From the NCBI GenBank assembly GCA_016214565.1, contig JACROE010000002.1, positions 536,007-600,006 on the forward strand: a stretch of DNA of 64,000 nucleotides, read 5' to 3'. This DNA comes from Candidatus Kerfeldbacteria bacterium (GTDB taxonomy: Bacteria; Patescibacteriota; Patescibacteriia; UBA10025; JAHIVO01). Shown piece by piece: positions 50,567 through 60,027 of this stretch. Position 1 is the first letter of the stretch, and each line of letters starts with the position of its first letter. The position numbers and the translations under genes are program-made. The notes under the pieces are model-generated. The model did not search any database. It worked only from the letters and a program-made list of their open reading frames with translations, and had not been told where the DNA came from.

Positions 50567-51007
50567 ATGCTAAAGCAGAAACCTTTAGTTTTAGTCGTTG
50601 ACGATCACCCAGAGGCTCGTCGCATTCTGAGCCAAATGGTTGACAGCATTACCGGCAAGCCGTATCGGGTACTTGAATCAGAGTACGGCGATCACGCTGT
50701 CAAAGCGTTCGAATTCGCCCTTGCGAAAAGGCCGGCGGTTGTTATCGCTCAGGGCCATGTCTGGTCTTGCGATAAACTGATCGATCGGCTCGGCGGATCT
50801 CAGCTCGAAACGAGGGTACTGACCGTTACGATTCAGTATCGCGGCGAGCAGCCCAGTGACAAGGTTTGGCCAGCGCTGGTGAATGGCGAGCTCGTCGAAG
50901 CATTCGACAAAAGGCAGCTTGCTGCAGCACTGCGCGAAACACTGGCGCCACCCCCGAAATCTACTTCCCGACAGGAAGACCTCCAGCTAGCGCCCGCCAT
51001 GGCCTAA
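50567..51007 (+). CDS. Degenerate stand-alone receiver-domain protein
   Basis: LVLVVDDHPEARRIL; PAVVIAQ where the acceptor Asp is expected; terminator 51047-51084. Confidence 0.6.
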   Translation: MLKQKPLVLVVDDHPEARRILSQMVDSITGKPYRVLESEYGDHAVKAFEFALAKRPAVVIAQGHVWSCDKLIDRLGGSQLETRVLTVTIQYRGEQPSDKVWPALVNGELVEAFDKRQLAAALRETLAPPPKSTSRQEDLQLAPAMA

Positions 51008-51136
51008 GTTTGCCCCTATCATCCGGCACCTCCCCGGTGCCTCCGACCCGCCATCTCCCCATGACTTATAGGATGGCGGGTTTTATTATTGTTGGAAAAA
51101 CTTGCGAGACTATGTGTTTGGGTGTAGCTTGTTCTT

Positions 51137-51514
51137 ATGAACCCCATCATCGCCGCAGGGCCGGTTATTATCGAGAATGACAAGGTGCTCGTGAATAAGC
51201 ACGGAGACACTCCGTTTTGGAAATTCCCGGGTGGACGGCTGGAGACGTTTGATGAATTGGATTTAGCAAAGTGTGCGGCACGGGAAGTGAAAGAGGAAAT
51301 GGGAGTTGAGATTGAAATTATCCGGCCGATGAGCACCTTGATGACGAAGAAAGGTGATGATGTGATTGTGTTGGTGCATTATCTAGCCAAACGGATTGGC
51401 GAAGTGAGGCCAGGCTCAGACATCCGGGAGTGGACGTGGCTGGATATCCATCATCTGCCGGCTGACGTGGCACCCAATGTACAGCAGATTGTGGAGGAGT
51501 ATTTGGGTATGTAG
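51137..51514 (+). CDS. NUDIX hydrolase
   Basis: WKFPGG...AAREVKEEMG. Confidence 0.9.
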   Translation: MNPIIAAGPVIIENDKVLVNKHGDTPFWKFPGGRLETFDELDLAKCAAREVKEEMGVEIEIIRPMSTLMTKKGDDVIVLVHYLAKRIGEVRPGSDIREWTWLDIHHLPADVAPNVQQIVEEYLGM

Positions 51515-51540
51515 TAGGTAGTGATGAGTAAGTAGTAGGT

Positions 51541-51599
51541 TGTCAGAATGCATCCCCTGGCCGAAGGCCAGGAGATCCTTCGCTTTGCTCAGGATGACA
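51541..51599. repeat. REP-like palindromic element
   Basis: TGTCA...TGACA termini; reverse strand TGTCATCCTGAGCAAAGCGAAGGATCT; internal CCTGGCC-GAA-GGCCAGG hairpin. Confidence 0.65.
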
Positions 51600-51645
51600 A
51601 GGCGGGCGTGGTGACAATTCCTCAATAATCCCGTACAATAATGGT

Positions 51646-52929
51646 ATGAACCTGAAAGACACGGATAAAAAAATATTCGATTCAATTCACGACGAATTAG
51701 AGCGCCAGCGGAATGGACTGGAAATGATTCCGTCGGAAAACTTTACCTCCCCGGCAGTGCTGGAGGCCTTGGGTTCAGTATTGACCAATAAATATTCCGA
51801 AGGGTATCCGGGCAAACGCTACTACGGCGGCAATGAATTTATTGATGTGGTGGAAAAGGCCGCTCGGTTCCGTGCAAAAAATTTGTTCGGTGTAGAGTAT
51901 GCCAATGTCCAGCCGTACTCCGGTTCTCCTGCCAATCACGCCGTGTACATGGGCCTCCTCAATCCGGGTGATAAAGTACTGGGCATGAGCCTGACGCACG
52001 GCGGGCATCTGACGCACGGGTGGAAAATCAGTTTTTCCGGGCACTATTATCATGCGGTGGCCTATGGCGTGGATAAGGAAACCCATCGCATTGATTATGA
52101 CCAGGTGCGCGAAATGGCACGGAAAGAACAACCCAAACTCATTATCGTCGGCGCTAGCGCCTATCCGCGGGAAATTGATTTTAAAATTTTTGGAGAAATT
52201 GGAAAAGAAGTAGGCGCGTATGTTTTGGCGGATATTGCCCACATCGCTGGTCTGATCGTGGCAGGAGCGCATCAATCGCCGGTGGATCACGTAGACGTAA
52301 TGACCACCACCACCCATAAGACCCTGCGCGGCCCCCGTGGCGCTATGATTATGTTTCCCCGCGTCGCAGATCGATTGCACGAGAAATACCATGCGGGTGA
52401 TAAGTGGAACCTCGCGGAACGCATTGATCGAGCGGTGTTTCCTGGCCTGCAGGGCGGCCCGCATAACCACCAGACGGCGGCTATTGCCGTGGCGCTGAAG
52501 GAAGCCGGTACCGAAGGATTCAAGAAATACGGCCATCAGGTGGTGAAGAACGCGAAGGCATTGGCCGCTCGATTGCTTGAGCACAATTTTTCCTTAATCA
52601 GCGGCGGTACGGACAACCATTTAATTCTAATTGACCTGACCAATAAAGAAATTTCCGGAGGTGAAGCAGAAACATTGTTGGATAGCATTGGCATCACAGT
52701 CAATAAGAATACGATTCCGTATGATCTGCGCAAACCCATGGATCCCTCTGGCATTCGCTTGGGCACACCGGCACTCACTACCCGCGGTATGCGCGAGGAA
52801 GATATGGTGACTATCGCAGATATTATTGCCGACGTTATTCATAATGCGCAGAAGGAATCGAAGTTGGACGAGGCGAAAGCGCGGGTCAAAGAATTGACTG
52901 CCAAGTACCCGCTGTATCAGTGGATGTAA
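51646..52929 (+). CDS. glyA: Serine hydroxymethyltransferase
   Basis: [41 protein letters not shown]. Confidence 0.98.
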   Translation: MNLKDTDKKIFDSIHDELERQRNGLEMIPSENFTSPAVLEALGSVLTNKYSEGYPGKRYYGGNEFIDVVEKAARFRAKNLFGVEYANVQPYSGSPANHAVYMGLLNPGDKVLGMSLTHGGHLTHGWKISFSGHYYHAVAYGVDKETHRIDYDQVREMARKEQPKLIIVGASAYPREIDFKIFGEIGKEVGAYVLADIAHIAGLIVAGAHQSPVDHVDVMTTTTHKTLRGPRGAMIMFPRVADRLHEKYHAGDKWNLAERIDRAVFPGLQGGPHNHQTAAIAVALKEAGTEGFKKYGHQVVKNAKALAARLLEHNFSLISGGTDNHLILIDLTNKEISGGEAETLLDSIGITVNKNTIPYDLRKPMDPSGIRLGTPALTTRGMREEDMVTIADIIADVIHNAQKESKLDEAKARVKELTAKYPLYQWM

Positions 52930-52934
52930 TATTA

Positions 52935-53004
52935 TGTCATCGCGAGGGAGCATTATGCGACCGTGGCGATCTGATTGGATTGCTACGTTCCACTCGCAAT
53001 GACA
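52935..53004. repeat. REP/MITE-like palindromic element
   Basis: TGTCATCGCGAG...CTCGCAATGACA; same element, inverted, at 56452-56557. Confidence 0.75.
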
Positions 53005-53013
53005 GACACCACC

Positions 53014-53853
53014 ATGCCACATATCATTGACGGAAAAAAACTAGCCGGAGAAATACGTGCGCGACTGAAAACAGAGATCGCCGCGCTTTCGGCTGTGCCG
53101 GGTCTGGCGATTATATTGGTCGGTGATGACCCTGCCTCTCATACCTATGTCGGGCTCAAAGAAAAAGCGGCGGAGGACATTGGTATGCATTTTGAGCGGC
53201 ACATGTTTCCGGCAGACACGACGCAGGCCGCCTTGGTTAAACGCATCAACGAATTAAATCAGCGCAGCGATATTCATGGCATCGTGGTGCAATTACCATT
53301 ACCCGGAAAATCATTTGATACCGATGCTATTATACAGACGATAGCGCCGGACAAGGACGTGGACGGATTTCATCCGACGAATATTCAGGCATTATTGGCA
53401 GGCAATCCGCGAATCACTCCTGGCTTGGCCGAGGGGATTTTTCGGTTGATCGCTAGCACGAATGAATCTTTGCCGGGGAAGAAAGCTATGATTTTTGCCA
53501 ATTCGCCAGTTTTTTCCAATCCCCTTGAATATATTTTGAATCAGCATGGCATACAGACGGTCAGTTGCGCGCCGGGCGTGGATGACGCAATCGTCGTTTC
53601 ACGGCAGGCGGATATTATTGTAGCTGTCATCGGCAAGCCAAATTTTGTCACCGGTGAAATGGTGAAGGACGGCGCTATCCTGATTGACGTTGGTTTTACT
53701 AAGCAGAATGGCCAAGTATCCGGCGACATCGCTCCGTCAGCCGTTGCCAAGGCACGCTGGGCCACGCCAGTGCCAGGCGGCGTGGGGCCCATGACCGTCG
53801 CCATGCTCCTCGAAAACGTGCTGCACGCATTTCGTTTACAGCAGGCGCAGTAA
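53014..53853 (+). CDS. folD: Methylenetetrahydrofolate dehydrogenase/cyclohydrolase
   Basis: IIDGK, VGDDPAS, VQLPLP, KDVDGFH, TPVPGGVGPMTVAML. Confidence 0.95.
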   Translation: MPHIIDGKKLAGEIRARLKTEIAALSAVPGLAIILVGDDPASHTYVGLKEKAAEDIGMHFERHMFPADTTQAALVKRINELNQRSDIHGIVVQLPLPGKSFDTDAIIQTIAPDKDVDGFHPTNIQALLAGNPRITPGLAEGIFRLIASTNESLPGKKAMIFANSPVFSNPLEYILNQHGIQTVSCAPGVDDAIVVSRQADIIVAVIGKPNFVTGEMVKDGAILIDVGFTKQNGQVSGDIAPSAVAKARWATPVPGGVGPMTVAMLLENVLHAFRLQQAQ

Positions 53854-53875
53854 TGTGCTAGTCTGACCACAACAT

Positions 53876-54310
53876 ATGGAAATTCCCTGGTACAATATTC
53901 TCAAATTCGTTCACGTCGGCAGTATCGTCATGGGTATGGGCGCGGCGGTTTTTATGCATCTGCAATTTGTCAGAAAGGAATTAACCTGGGGTCAGCTCAA
54001 GCATTTTTTTCATTTTGGTAACCGAATCATCTGGATTGGATTGATGCTTGCTGGCGTCACAGGGATTACCCTTTGGATTGTCGCCGATACGAGTCGTCCG
54101 CCTGTTTTCTACGGTAAACTAGCCCTCGTGGCTATGGTCATCATTGACGGTTGGATTATCCATCGCATCGGCCGACCGCTTTTGGCTGGGTTGCCGGATG
54201 ACCAATTGATGGCGAAATTACCTGATGCAGTTCGTAAAACATTTATGCGGAGTGGCGTCGTTTCAGTTCTGGGTTGGTGGGGAGCGCTGGCCATTGCCAT
54301 GATTTTTTAG
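53876..54310 (+). CDS. 4-TM membrane protein
   Basis: Hydrophobic helices; HV...G and K-L motifs typical of small heme/metal membrane families. Confidence 0.7.
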   Translation: MEIPWYNILKFVHVGSIVMGMGAAVFMHLQFVRKELTWGQLKHFFHFGNRIIWIGLMLAGVTGITLWIVADTSRPPVFYGKLALVAMVIIDGWIIHRIGRPLLAGLPDDQLMAKLPDAVRKTFMRSGVVSVLGWWGALAIAMIF

Positions 54311-54320
54311 AAACGATTGC

Positions 54321-54836
54321 ATGAAAAAAAGTACTGCTTTTTTTAAGTACTGCCCGGTCTGTGGCGCGCCGACGAAATTAAGCACCGGCGTCCATCGGCA
54401 TCCGAAATGCACTCGGTGTGACTTTACTTTTTATCAAAATTCGAAACCAACCGCATCTATTATTCCCATTAATGCTCGGGGCGAAATAATGTTAGTTAAG
54501 CGGGGGATCAATCCGCGTAAAGGGTATTGGGATACTCCGGGCGGGTTTCTCGAAGAATGGGAAACACCAGAGGTCGGCGCGCGGCGGGAGCTCAAAGAGG
54601 AGCTCGGCGTCACGCTCAAAAATGTAAAACTGCTTGGTGTATATCTGGATGCCTATGTTGAGCACTATCGGGCAGCCACCATGAATATTGTTTATGTGGC
54701 TGAAATTGCCAGTGGCCGGATCAAGCCGCAGGATGATGTGGCAGGGTATCGGTGGTTTAGGCCAGTGCAGCTCCCGTGGAAACGATTGGCATTTCCCTGG
54801 ATTCGGCAGGCGCTCAAGGATTATCTCAGGAACTAA
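54321..54836 (+). CDS. NUDIX hydrolase with N-terminal Zn ribbon
   Basis: CPVCG...CTRC...YQN; PGGFLE...ARRELKEELG. Confidence 0.9.
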   Translation: MKKSTAFFKYCPVCGAPTKLSTGVHRHPKCTRCDFTFYQNSKPTASIIPINARGEIMLVKRGINPRKGYWDTPGGFLEEWETPEVGARRELKEELGVTLKNVKLLGVYLDAYVEHYRAATMNIVYVAEIASGRIKPQDDVAGYRWFRPVQLPWKRLAFPWIRQALKDYLRN

Positions 54837-54868
54837 AAAACCGCCAGGCTTCTGCTCGGCGGTTTTTA
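54835..54868. terminator. Bidirectional terminator
   Basis: AAAAACCGCC / GGCGGTTTTT. Confidence 0.75.
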
Positions 54869-54878
54869 ATTTACTGAT

Positions 54879-55646
54879 TTAGCGGTTCAATGCGCCCGTG
54901 CCGTTTGGATTGTAGCCGTTCTGCACTTCAGTGCCATCGAGGAATCCATCACCATCGGTGTCGGGGTTCAGGATGTCAGTTCCCCAGACGCCTTCCTGCA
55001 CGTCCGTGAGGCCGTCATTATCCGTGTCCAAAGTTGACGCATTGATGATTTGATTCGTATTGCCATTCGCATTCGCGTTGCTATTGCCGTTTGTGGTTGC
55101 ATTCGTATTGCGGTTAGCATTTGCATTGCTATTACCATTGGTTACCGCATTCGTATTTGAATTCCGATTAGTAACCGTGTTGGTATTGCTATTGAGGTTA
55201 CGATTGAGGTTGGTTACCGCATTCGTATTTGAATTCGTATTTGTCACGGCATTGGTATTGGTCGTCGTATTCGTGTTGTTCGTATTGTCTGCGGTACTGC
55301 TGAAATAGTTCAAGGCGAGCACGACGCCTCCGATCAGGACAATCAGGATAACCAGGATAATAATACCAATCATGGCCATGCGTCGGCGCGGCGCTTGGGG
55401 CGCGGCACCCATGGGCATGCCCGGAACGTTCATCGTCGGCATTCCCGGTGGGGGCGGGGGCACGGTTGGTCCTGGTGTGGCCGCCGTGACTGGCTGACCG
55501 AGCGGGGGAGGCGGAGGAGGGCCAGCGGGCCGGGTGCGCTGCGGTGCAGCATTAGCATTGACTGGTCGCCAGGGTCCCCAATCCTTTTGTGGAGCGGGAG
55601 CGGCTGGTTGTGCGCCTGGCGCTGGACGGTTCACGTTTTCGAACAT
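54879..55646 (-). CDS. Single-pass membrane protein: Pro-rich N-terminus, Asn/Thr stalk, C-terminal Ca-binding DTDxDG motifs
   Basis: PPPPP tracts; TM; NTNAVTN repeats; DTDNDGLTD...DTDGDGFLDGTEV...NP. Confidence 0.75.
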   Translation of the reverse strand: MFENVNRPAPGAQPAAPAPQKDWGPWRPVNANAAPQRTRPAGPPPPPPLGQPVTAATPGPTVPPPPPGMPTMNVPGMPMGAAPQAPRRRMAMIGIIILVILIVLIGGVVLALNYFSSTADNTNNTNTTTNTNAVTNTNSNTNAVTNLNRNLNSNTNTVTNRNSNTNAVTNGNSNANANRNTNATTNGNSNANANGNTNQIINASTLDTDNDGLTDVQEGVWGTDILNPDTDGDGFLDGTEVQNGYNPNGTGALNR

Positions 55647-55714
55647 ATAGACGTAGTTAATTACCAATTGATGGTGATTATTGTATCATTTATGCGGATG
55701 AATGACAATTTGCT

Positions 55715-56428
55715 TTAAAGTAGAATACGGCTGACCGCGGCGATAGCTGCCGTTTCTGCCCGCAGGATGCGCGATCCTAAATGGACTGGCTTGGCACCAG
55801 CCTGCACCAGCTGCGTAATTTCCGCAGGCGCAAAACCGCCCTCAGGGCCAATGATTAATCGTATCGGTTCAACCGCTCCATCGATGACTTGGCCGAGTGG
55901 GTGCTGGTTTTCAGCTTCGTAGGCTACCAGTGCCGTCCCACGGAGGGTTGGGAGAGCGCTCATGAGTTCGGCAAGCATCATCGGCTTTTCCAGGGTTGGC
56001 GTTACTGTGCCGCCGCACTGCTCAGTGGCCTCGGTCAATATTTTTTCGTACCGCTCCCGTTTGTGCCCAGAGATTTCCCGGACAATGGTTCGCTCGGTAA
56101 TCAGGGGCACAAATTCCTGTACCCCGAGCTCAGTGCATTTCTGTAGAATGAGTTCAAAATTGTCTTTTTTCAGCAGGGCTTGATACAGCACCAGCGGGCG
56201 CAGCGCCGGTCGGCTGGCTGGTTCGGTTTTGGTTATGCGCAGCTGGAGCGCATCATCGGTGGCCTGGTCGATCGTGACAGTGTACTCAGTCTGAGGGGTA
56301 AATACCACAAACGTTTCACCGACGGTTAGTCGCAGGACATGGATCACCTGTTTGATGACCGCCGGATCCGTGAGAGTCAGTTGGTCGTCATGTGGAGTGA
56401 GCTGTGGCTGGTAAAATCGGTGGAGCAT
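55715..56428 (-). CDS. rsmE: 16S rRNA m3U1498 methyltransferase
   Basis: HVLRL, KCTELGV, EATEQC, IGPEGGF, LGSRILRAETA. Confidence 0.96.
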   Translation of the reverse strand: MLHRFYQPQLTPHDDQLTLTDPAVIKQVIHVLRLTVGETFVVFTPQTEYTVTIDQATDDALQLRITKTEPASRPALRPLVLYQALLKKDNFELILQKCTELGVQEFVPLITERTIVREISGHKRERYEKILTEATEQCGGTVTPTLEKPMMLAELMSALPTLRGTALVAYEAENQHPLGQVIDGAVEPIRLIIGPEGGFAPAEITQLVQAGAKPVHLGSRILRAETAAIAAVSRILL

Positions 56429-56451
56429 AGGTGTATTATAGCACTTAGCCT

Positions 56452-56557
56452 TGTCATTGCGAGCCCATTCGACTTCGCTCAGGGCAGGCTCCGCGAAGCA
56501 ATCTAATCAGATCGCCACGGTCGCCCCGCCTTCGGCGGAGACTCCCTCGCGATGACA
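56452..56557. repeat. Composite REP/MITE-like element with two nested inserts
   Basis: TGTCATTGCGAG...CTCGCGATGACA containing TTCGACTTCGCTCAGGGCAGG and CCGCCTTCGGCGG. Confidence 0.75.
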
Positions 56558-56582
56558 ACATACTATGCTATACTGACATCAT

Positions 56583-57629
56583 ATGAGTTTTTCTATTGGC
56601 ATAGTTGGGCTGCCCAACGTCGGCAAATCAACCCTCTTTACCGCATTAACGAAAAAACAAGTTGATGCGGCGAATTATCCATTCTGTACGATTGATCCCA
56701 ATGTCGGAACCGTGCCCGTGCCGGATGAACGATTGGGCAAATTAGCTGCGGTGTATAATTCCGCTAAAGTGATTCCGACCGTGATTGAATTTGTGGATAT
56801 CGCTGGACTGGTGGCTGGCGCGCACAAGGGCGAGGGATTAGGCAATAAGTTTCTCTCTCATATACGTGAAGTGGACGCTATCTGTCAGGTAGTACGGGAA
56901 TTTTCAGATGCGAATGTGATCCACGTGGGTGGTCGAGTCGATCCTGAGTCTGACAAGCAGATTATTAATACCGAATTGATTTTTGCTGACCTGGCCACGG
57001 TGGAGCAGCGCCTGCATGATGTCCAGCCAAAAGCCCGCAGTGGCGACAAGGAAGCCGTGGCGCAACTCGCGACATTACAAAAAGTGCAGCAGCTGTTAGA
57101 TGGCGGCACGGTATTATCACAGGCAGGCCTGACTGATGATGAGCGCATGGTGCTTCGCGATCTCCATTTATTGACCCTGAAACCCATGCTGTACGTCTTG
57201 AACGTGGCGGAAAACGAAGTAACTAAATCATCACCCGGGCAGCTGGTTATTTCCGCTAAACTAGAATCCGAGCTGGTCGGCATGCCTGAGGTAGAAGCGC
57301 GAGAATATTTGAATAGCGTGGGCATGAAGGAAACCGGCCTTGATCGCCTCATTCGCGCCGCCTATGATTTGCTTGGTTTGATTACGTTTTTTACGGCAGG
57401 ACCGACAGAGACGCGCGCATGGACAATTCCGCGTGGAGCCACCGCTCCCCAGGCAGGCAGCGCCATTCACACTGATTTTGAGGAGAAATTTATTCGTGCC
57501 GAAGTCACCCCTTGGCAGGATATCGTGGAGTGCGGTGGGGAAGTCAAAGCCAAAGAATTGGGGAAAGTTCGCACCGAAGGCAAGGAATATGTGGTGCAAG
57601 ACGGGGATACGATCTACTTCCGCATTTGA
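56583..57629 (+). CDS. ychF: Redox-regulated ATPase YchF
   Basis: GLPNVGKST, ANYPFCTIDPN, DIAGLV, GEGLGNKFL, IHTDF, EGKEYVVQDGD. Confidence 0.97.
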   Translation: MSFSIGIVGLPNVGKSTLFTALTKKQVDAANYPFCTIDPNVGTVPVPDERLGKLAAVYNSAKVIPTVIEFVDIAGLVAGAHKGEGLGNKFLSHIREVDAICQVVREFSDANVIHVGGRVDPESDKQIINTELIFADLATVEQRLHDVQPKARSGDKEAVAQLATLQKVQQLLDGGTVLSQAGLTDDERMVLRDLHLLTLKPMLYVLNVAENEVTKSSPGQLVISAKLESELVGMPEVEAREYLNSVGMKETGLDRLIRAAYDLLGLITFFTAGPTETRAWTIPRGATAPQAGSAIHTDFEEKFIRAEVTPWQDIVECGGEVKAKELGKVRTEGKEYVVQDGDTIYFRI

Positions 57630-57658
57630 TTTTCCGCTCAGAGGGTCTATACTAAAGA

Positions 57659-58123
57659 CAGAATTGAATAAGGCACGGTCATTAACAAACCAGCCTGTCC
57701 CCTAGAGACAAGGAAGGAGTTTATTATTTTGTGTAAACGAGCAATCGGTGATAATCGCACGAATTACGCGAGATTTCAAACTCGTTTATTACAGCTGCTG
57801 AAGGCCAAATTGGCAGCAGCTTCACGTCACCCCATAACCACGAACGAAAGGAGGAGCAGGTGAAGGGAACTTCATCTTTTGGCATCATGCACACCAATAA
57901 TCGTACGTGAAAGGAGGTGATGGGCGTTTGACCCAAATCAGGGAGTCCGCCGTCATCGGTGCACTTCCGCCTGCGGGGGCCGTAACGGATTCCCCGCCCT
58001 GGAGTATCGGCCAGTAGTGCCGAATCCAATATGCTCCTTGGAATGAATGGAGGTGATTATTTTCTCGGATGTATTTGAGTAGCGACAGAGAAGCCGGAGT
58101 CTTATACAGACCTCGGCTTTTTA
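57659..58123 (+). ncRNA. Candidate large structured RNA or small-ORF transcript
   Basis: Promoter TTGATT-16-TATACT (57626-57653), many stems, four SD-like motifs, terminator 58091-58123. Confidence 0.45.
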
Positions 58124-59352
58124 TATTCAAAGAGAAATAGTTCGCGCTCCACGCGCTGGCCCTCACGATGGTAAATGAGGGAGCCGCGGGCGGTTGGCCC
58201 AACTTTGGTGAAGAGACTGACACGATCCGGGATTGGCGACAGCCGTTCGAAACCCATGGCTTGGAGTGTTTCGAGTATTTTGAGCGAATAAATTCCGTGT
58301 CGCGTCTTGAAGAGCGGGAACACGATGACGATGCGGCCGTGGTATTTCAGGATTTGGGCGAAAGCGCGGAAGGCGGACAGGTAGAGCGATTCTAGTTCCT
58401 GGATAATGGTCAGCATCTCGATGACTTCTGGTTCCTGGCGAATGGGCGGGCCGAGATACGGCTCGGTGACGATGGCATCAATTGAGTCAATCGGCATGTG
58501 CTGGGCGAGCGTCGCTACATCCACGACGCTGAATGACGCCGCGCCTTTGAGTTGGGGGTAGCGCTTGTGCAGCCAGCGAACATTTTCGGTCGAGTCCGCG
58601 ATGGCTTTTTCGCTGATGTCCGACCCGATCACATCTTGCCAGCCGAGCAGGAGACTTTCCTGGATGATGGTGCCTGAGCCGCAGAAGGGGTCGAGCAATT
58701 TTTGGTCAGGATGAGCTCCGCTCACATTCAGCATTATCTTCGCCAGTTTCGGCGGCAGCATGCCCGATCGAGCGTCGCGCTGTGGGCGGTCATAGTCGCG
58801 CTGGGAATAATCCTCGAAATCCTGCACTGCGGCCGTCACGCCAATATAGCAGGCATGGACGCCCATGATGATCAGTATTTCCGCGCCGCGCTCAATCAAA
58901 TAATTTTTAGTTACCTGGACGCTTGAGAGCGGGCCGTCGGTATTCATGACCAACCGTGCTGACACGTTCTCTTTTTGCAAAGATTTTTTCAGGCTTAAGC
59001 CCAGTTTATTCAGGGCGTCTCGGTATTGGTGGGATTGTTGGCCATAGAGCGAAATGCCGAAATTGACTTTGCGTTTGTCCTGGGCGAAGACGTGCTGACG
59101 GAGGAACGTCGGGGTCAACAGGAACATGATTTCGTCCATATTTGACCGCTCCTCAATGACCCGTCCGGACTTGATTAAGCCGCCGCATTGGCGCTGCCAG
59201 TCGGCGTAGTCGATGGGCTTGCCTGTGGTGATGATGGCTTGGCTCGTGATGTCGCGGATGGTCCCCGGCGCCCCTTGGCGCAGCTCAAATTGGCAGTATT
59301 CTGCCAAGGAGAGGATGGGATTATTACCGAAGATAAAGCAATGAGTTGCCAT
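58102..59352 (-). CDS. Trm11/TrmG10-like RNA methyltransferase
   Basis: FIFGNNPILSLAE N-terminus; RP...GMLPPKLAKIMLN; LDPFCGSGT; GSDIS; IVTEPYLG. Confidence 0.7.
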   Translation of the reverse strand: MATHCFIFGNNPILSLAEYCQFELRQGAPGTIRDITSQAIITTGKPIDYADWQRQCGGLIKSGRVIEERSNMDEIMFLLTPTFLRQHVFAQDKRKVNFGISLYGQQSHQYRDALNKLGLSLKKSLQKENVSARLVMNTDGPLSSVQVTKNYLIERGAEILIIMGVHACYIGVTAAVQDFEDYSQRDYDRPQRDARSGMLPPKLAKIMLNVSGAHPDQKLLDPFCGSGTIIQESLLLGWQDVIGSDISEKAIADSTENVRWLHKRYPQLKGAASFSVVDVATLAQHMPIDSIDAIVTEPYLGPPIRQEPEVIEMLTIIQELESLYLSAFRAFAQILKYHGRIVIVFPLFKTRHGIYSLKILETLQAMGFERLSPIPDRVSLFTKVGPTARGSLIYHREGQRVERELFLFEYKKPRSV

Positions 59353-59411
59353 AGTTGTTTCTGTAGTATACCAGGTAATTCCACCCTCTGCCTAACTGGG
59401 CGGGGGATGCC

Positions 59412-59440
59412 TTGACGGGGCTGGGCAATCCTGGTAAGCT
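59412..59440 (+). promoter_or_regulatory. rpsF operon promoter
   Basis: TTGACG-17-TAAGCT with extended TG. Confidence 0.6.
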
Positions 59441-59502
59441 TGACTCTGCTTAATATATTGCACGCGGGCATGAGCCACGGGTGCACATTAAAGACCATAT
59501 AT

Positions 59503-60015
59503 ATGAGCCAATTTTACGACATGTTATATATTATTCCCGCAGGTTTGGGCGATGACGCTCAGGCTGCTTTTATGCAGCGCGTGGCAGACACGCTGACTAA
59601 GGCGGGCGGCCAGATGGTTACCCATCAGGTATGGCAGAGCCGAACTTTTGCCTATCCGATCAAGAAAGCCCGCCAGGGAGTGTATATTGTGGCGGAATTT
59701 GATCTGGAGACGGAAAATCTGAAAACATTTGAACGTGAGATTCGCCTGATGCCTGACGTGATTCGATTCATGATAGTGCGCAAGGTGAAGAAAACGGCTG
59801 AACAGCTCGAGGAAGAGAAGCGCTTCCGCGAGAAGATTAATGAGCGCAAAGTGCACAAGGCCCACGTGGCTGCGGCCGCCGCTCAAGAGAAAGAAAAGAA
59901 GAAGATTGAGGAAACTGCCGCCGCTCAGCCGACCAAAGAAACGCCCAAAGTCAGCCTCGAAGAACTCGACAAAAAGCTCGACGAGCTCTTGAGCGATGAT
60001 AACATTGATACATAA
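59503..60015 (+). CDS. rpsF: 30S ribosomal protein S6 with long charged C-terminal extension
   Basis: YDMLYII, FAYPIKK, VIRFMI; canonical rpsF-ssb-rpsR order. Confidence 0.9.
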   Translation: MSQFYDMLYIIPAGLGDDAQAAFMQRVADTLTKAGGQMVTHQVWQSRTFAYPIKKARQGVYIVAEFDLETENLKTFEREIRLMPDVIRFMIVRKVKKTAEQLEEEKRFREKINERKVHKAHVAAAAAQEKEKKKIEETAAAQPTKETPKVSLEELDKKLDELLSDDNIDT

Positions 60016-60027
60016 GGAATTACGATT

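Noticed and set aside
51775-52584. 269-aa antisense ORF, and similar shadow ORFs over rpoBC, uvrB, rpsF and the 877-aa gene
   Set aside because: Entirely antisense or out of frame to well-supported genes, with no motifs
55040-55290. Tandem repeats as a possible CRISPR array
   Set aside because: In-frame Asn/Thr coding repeats with no repeat-spacer structure and no cas genes
57729-57863. tmRNA or RNase P identity for the 57659-58123 unit (NYA...LAAA resembles a tag peptide)
   Set aside because: No tRNA-like acceptor or T-arm, the reading frame does not stop after LAA, and there is no GAGGAAAGTCC RNase P motif
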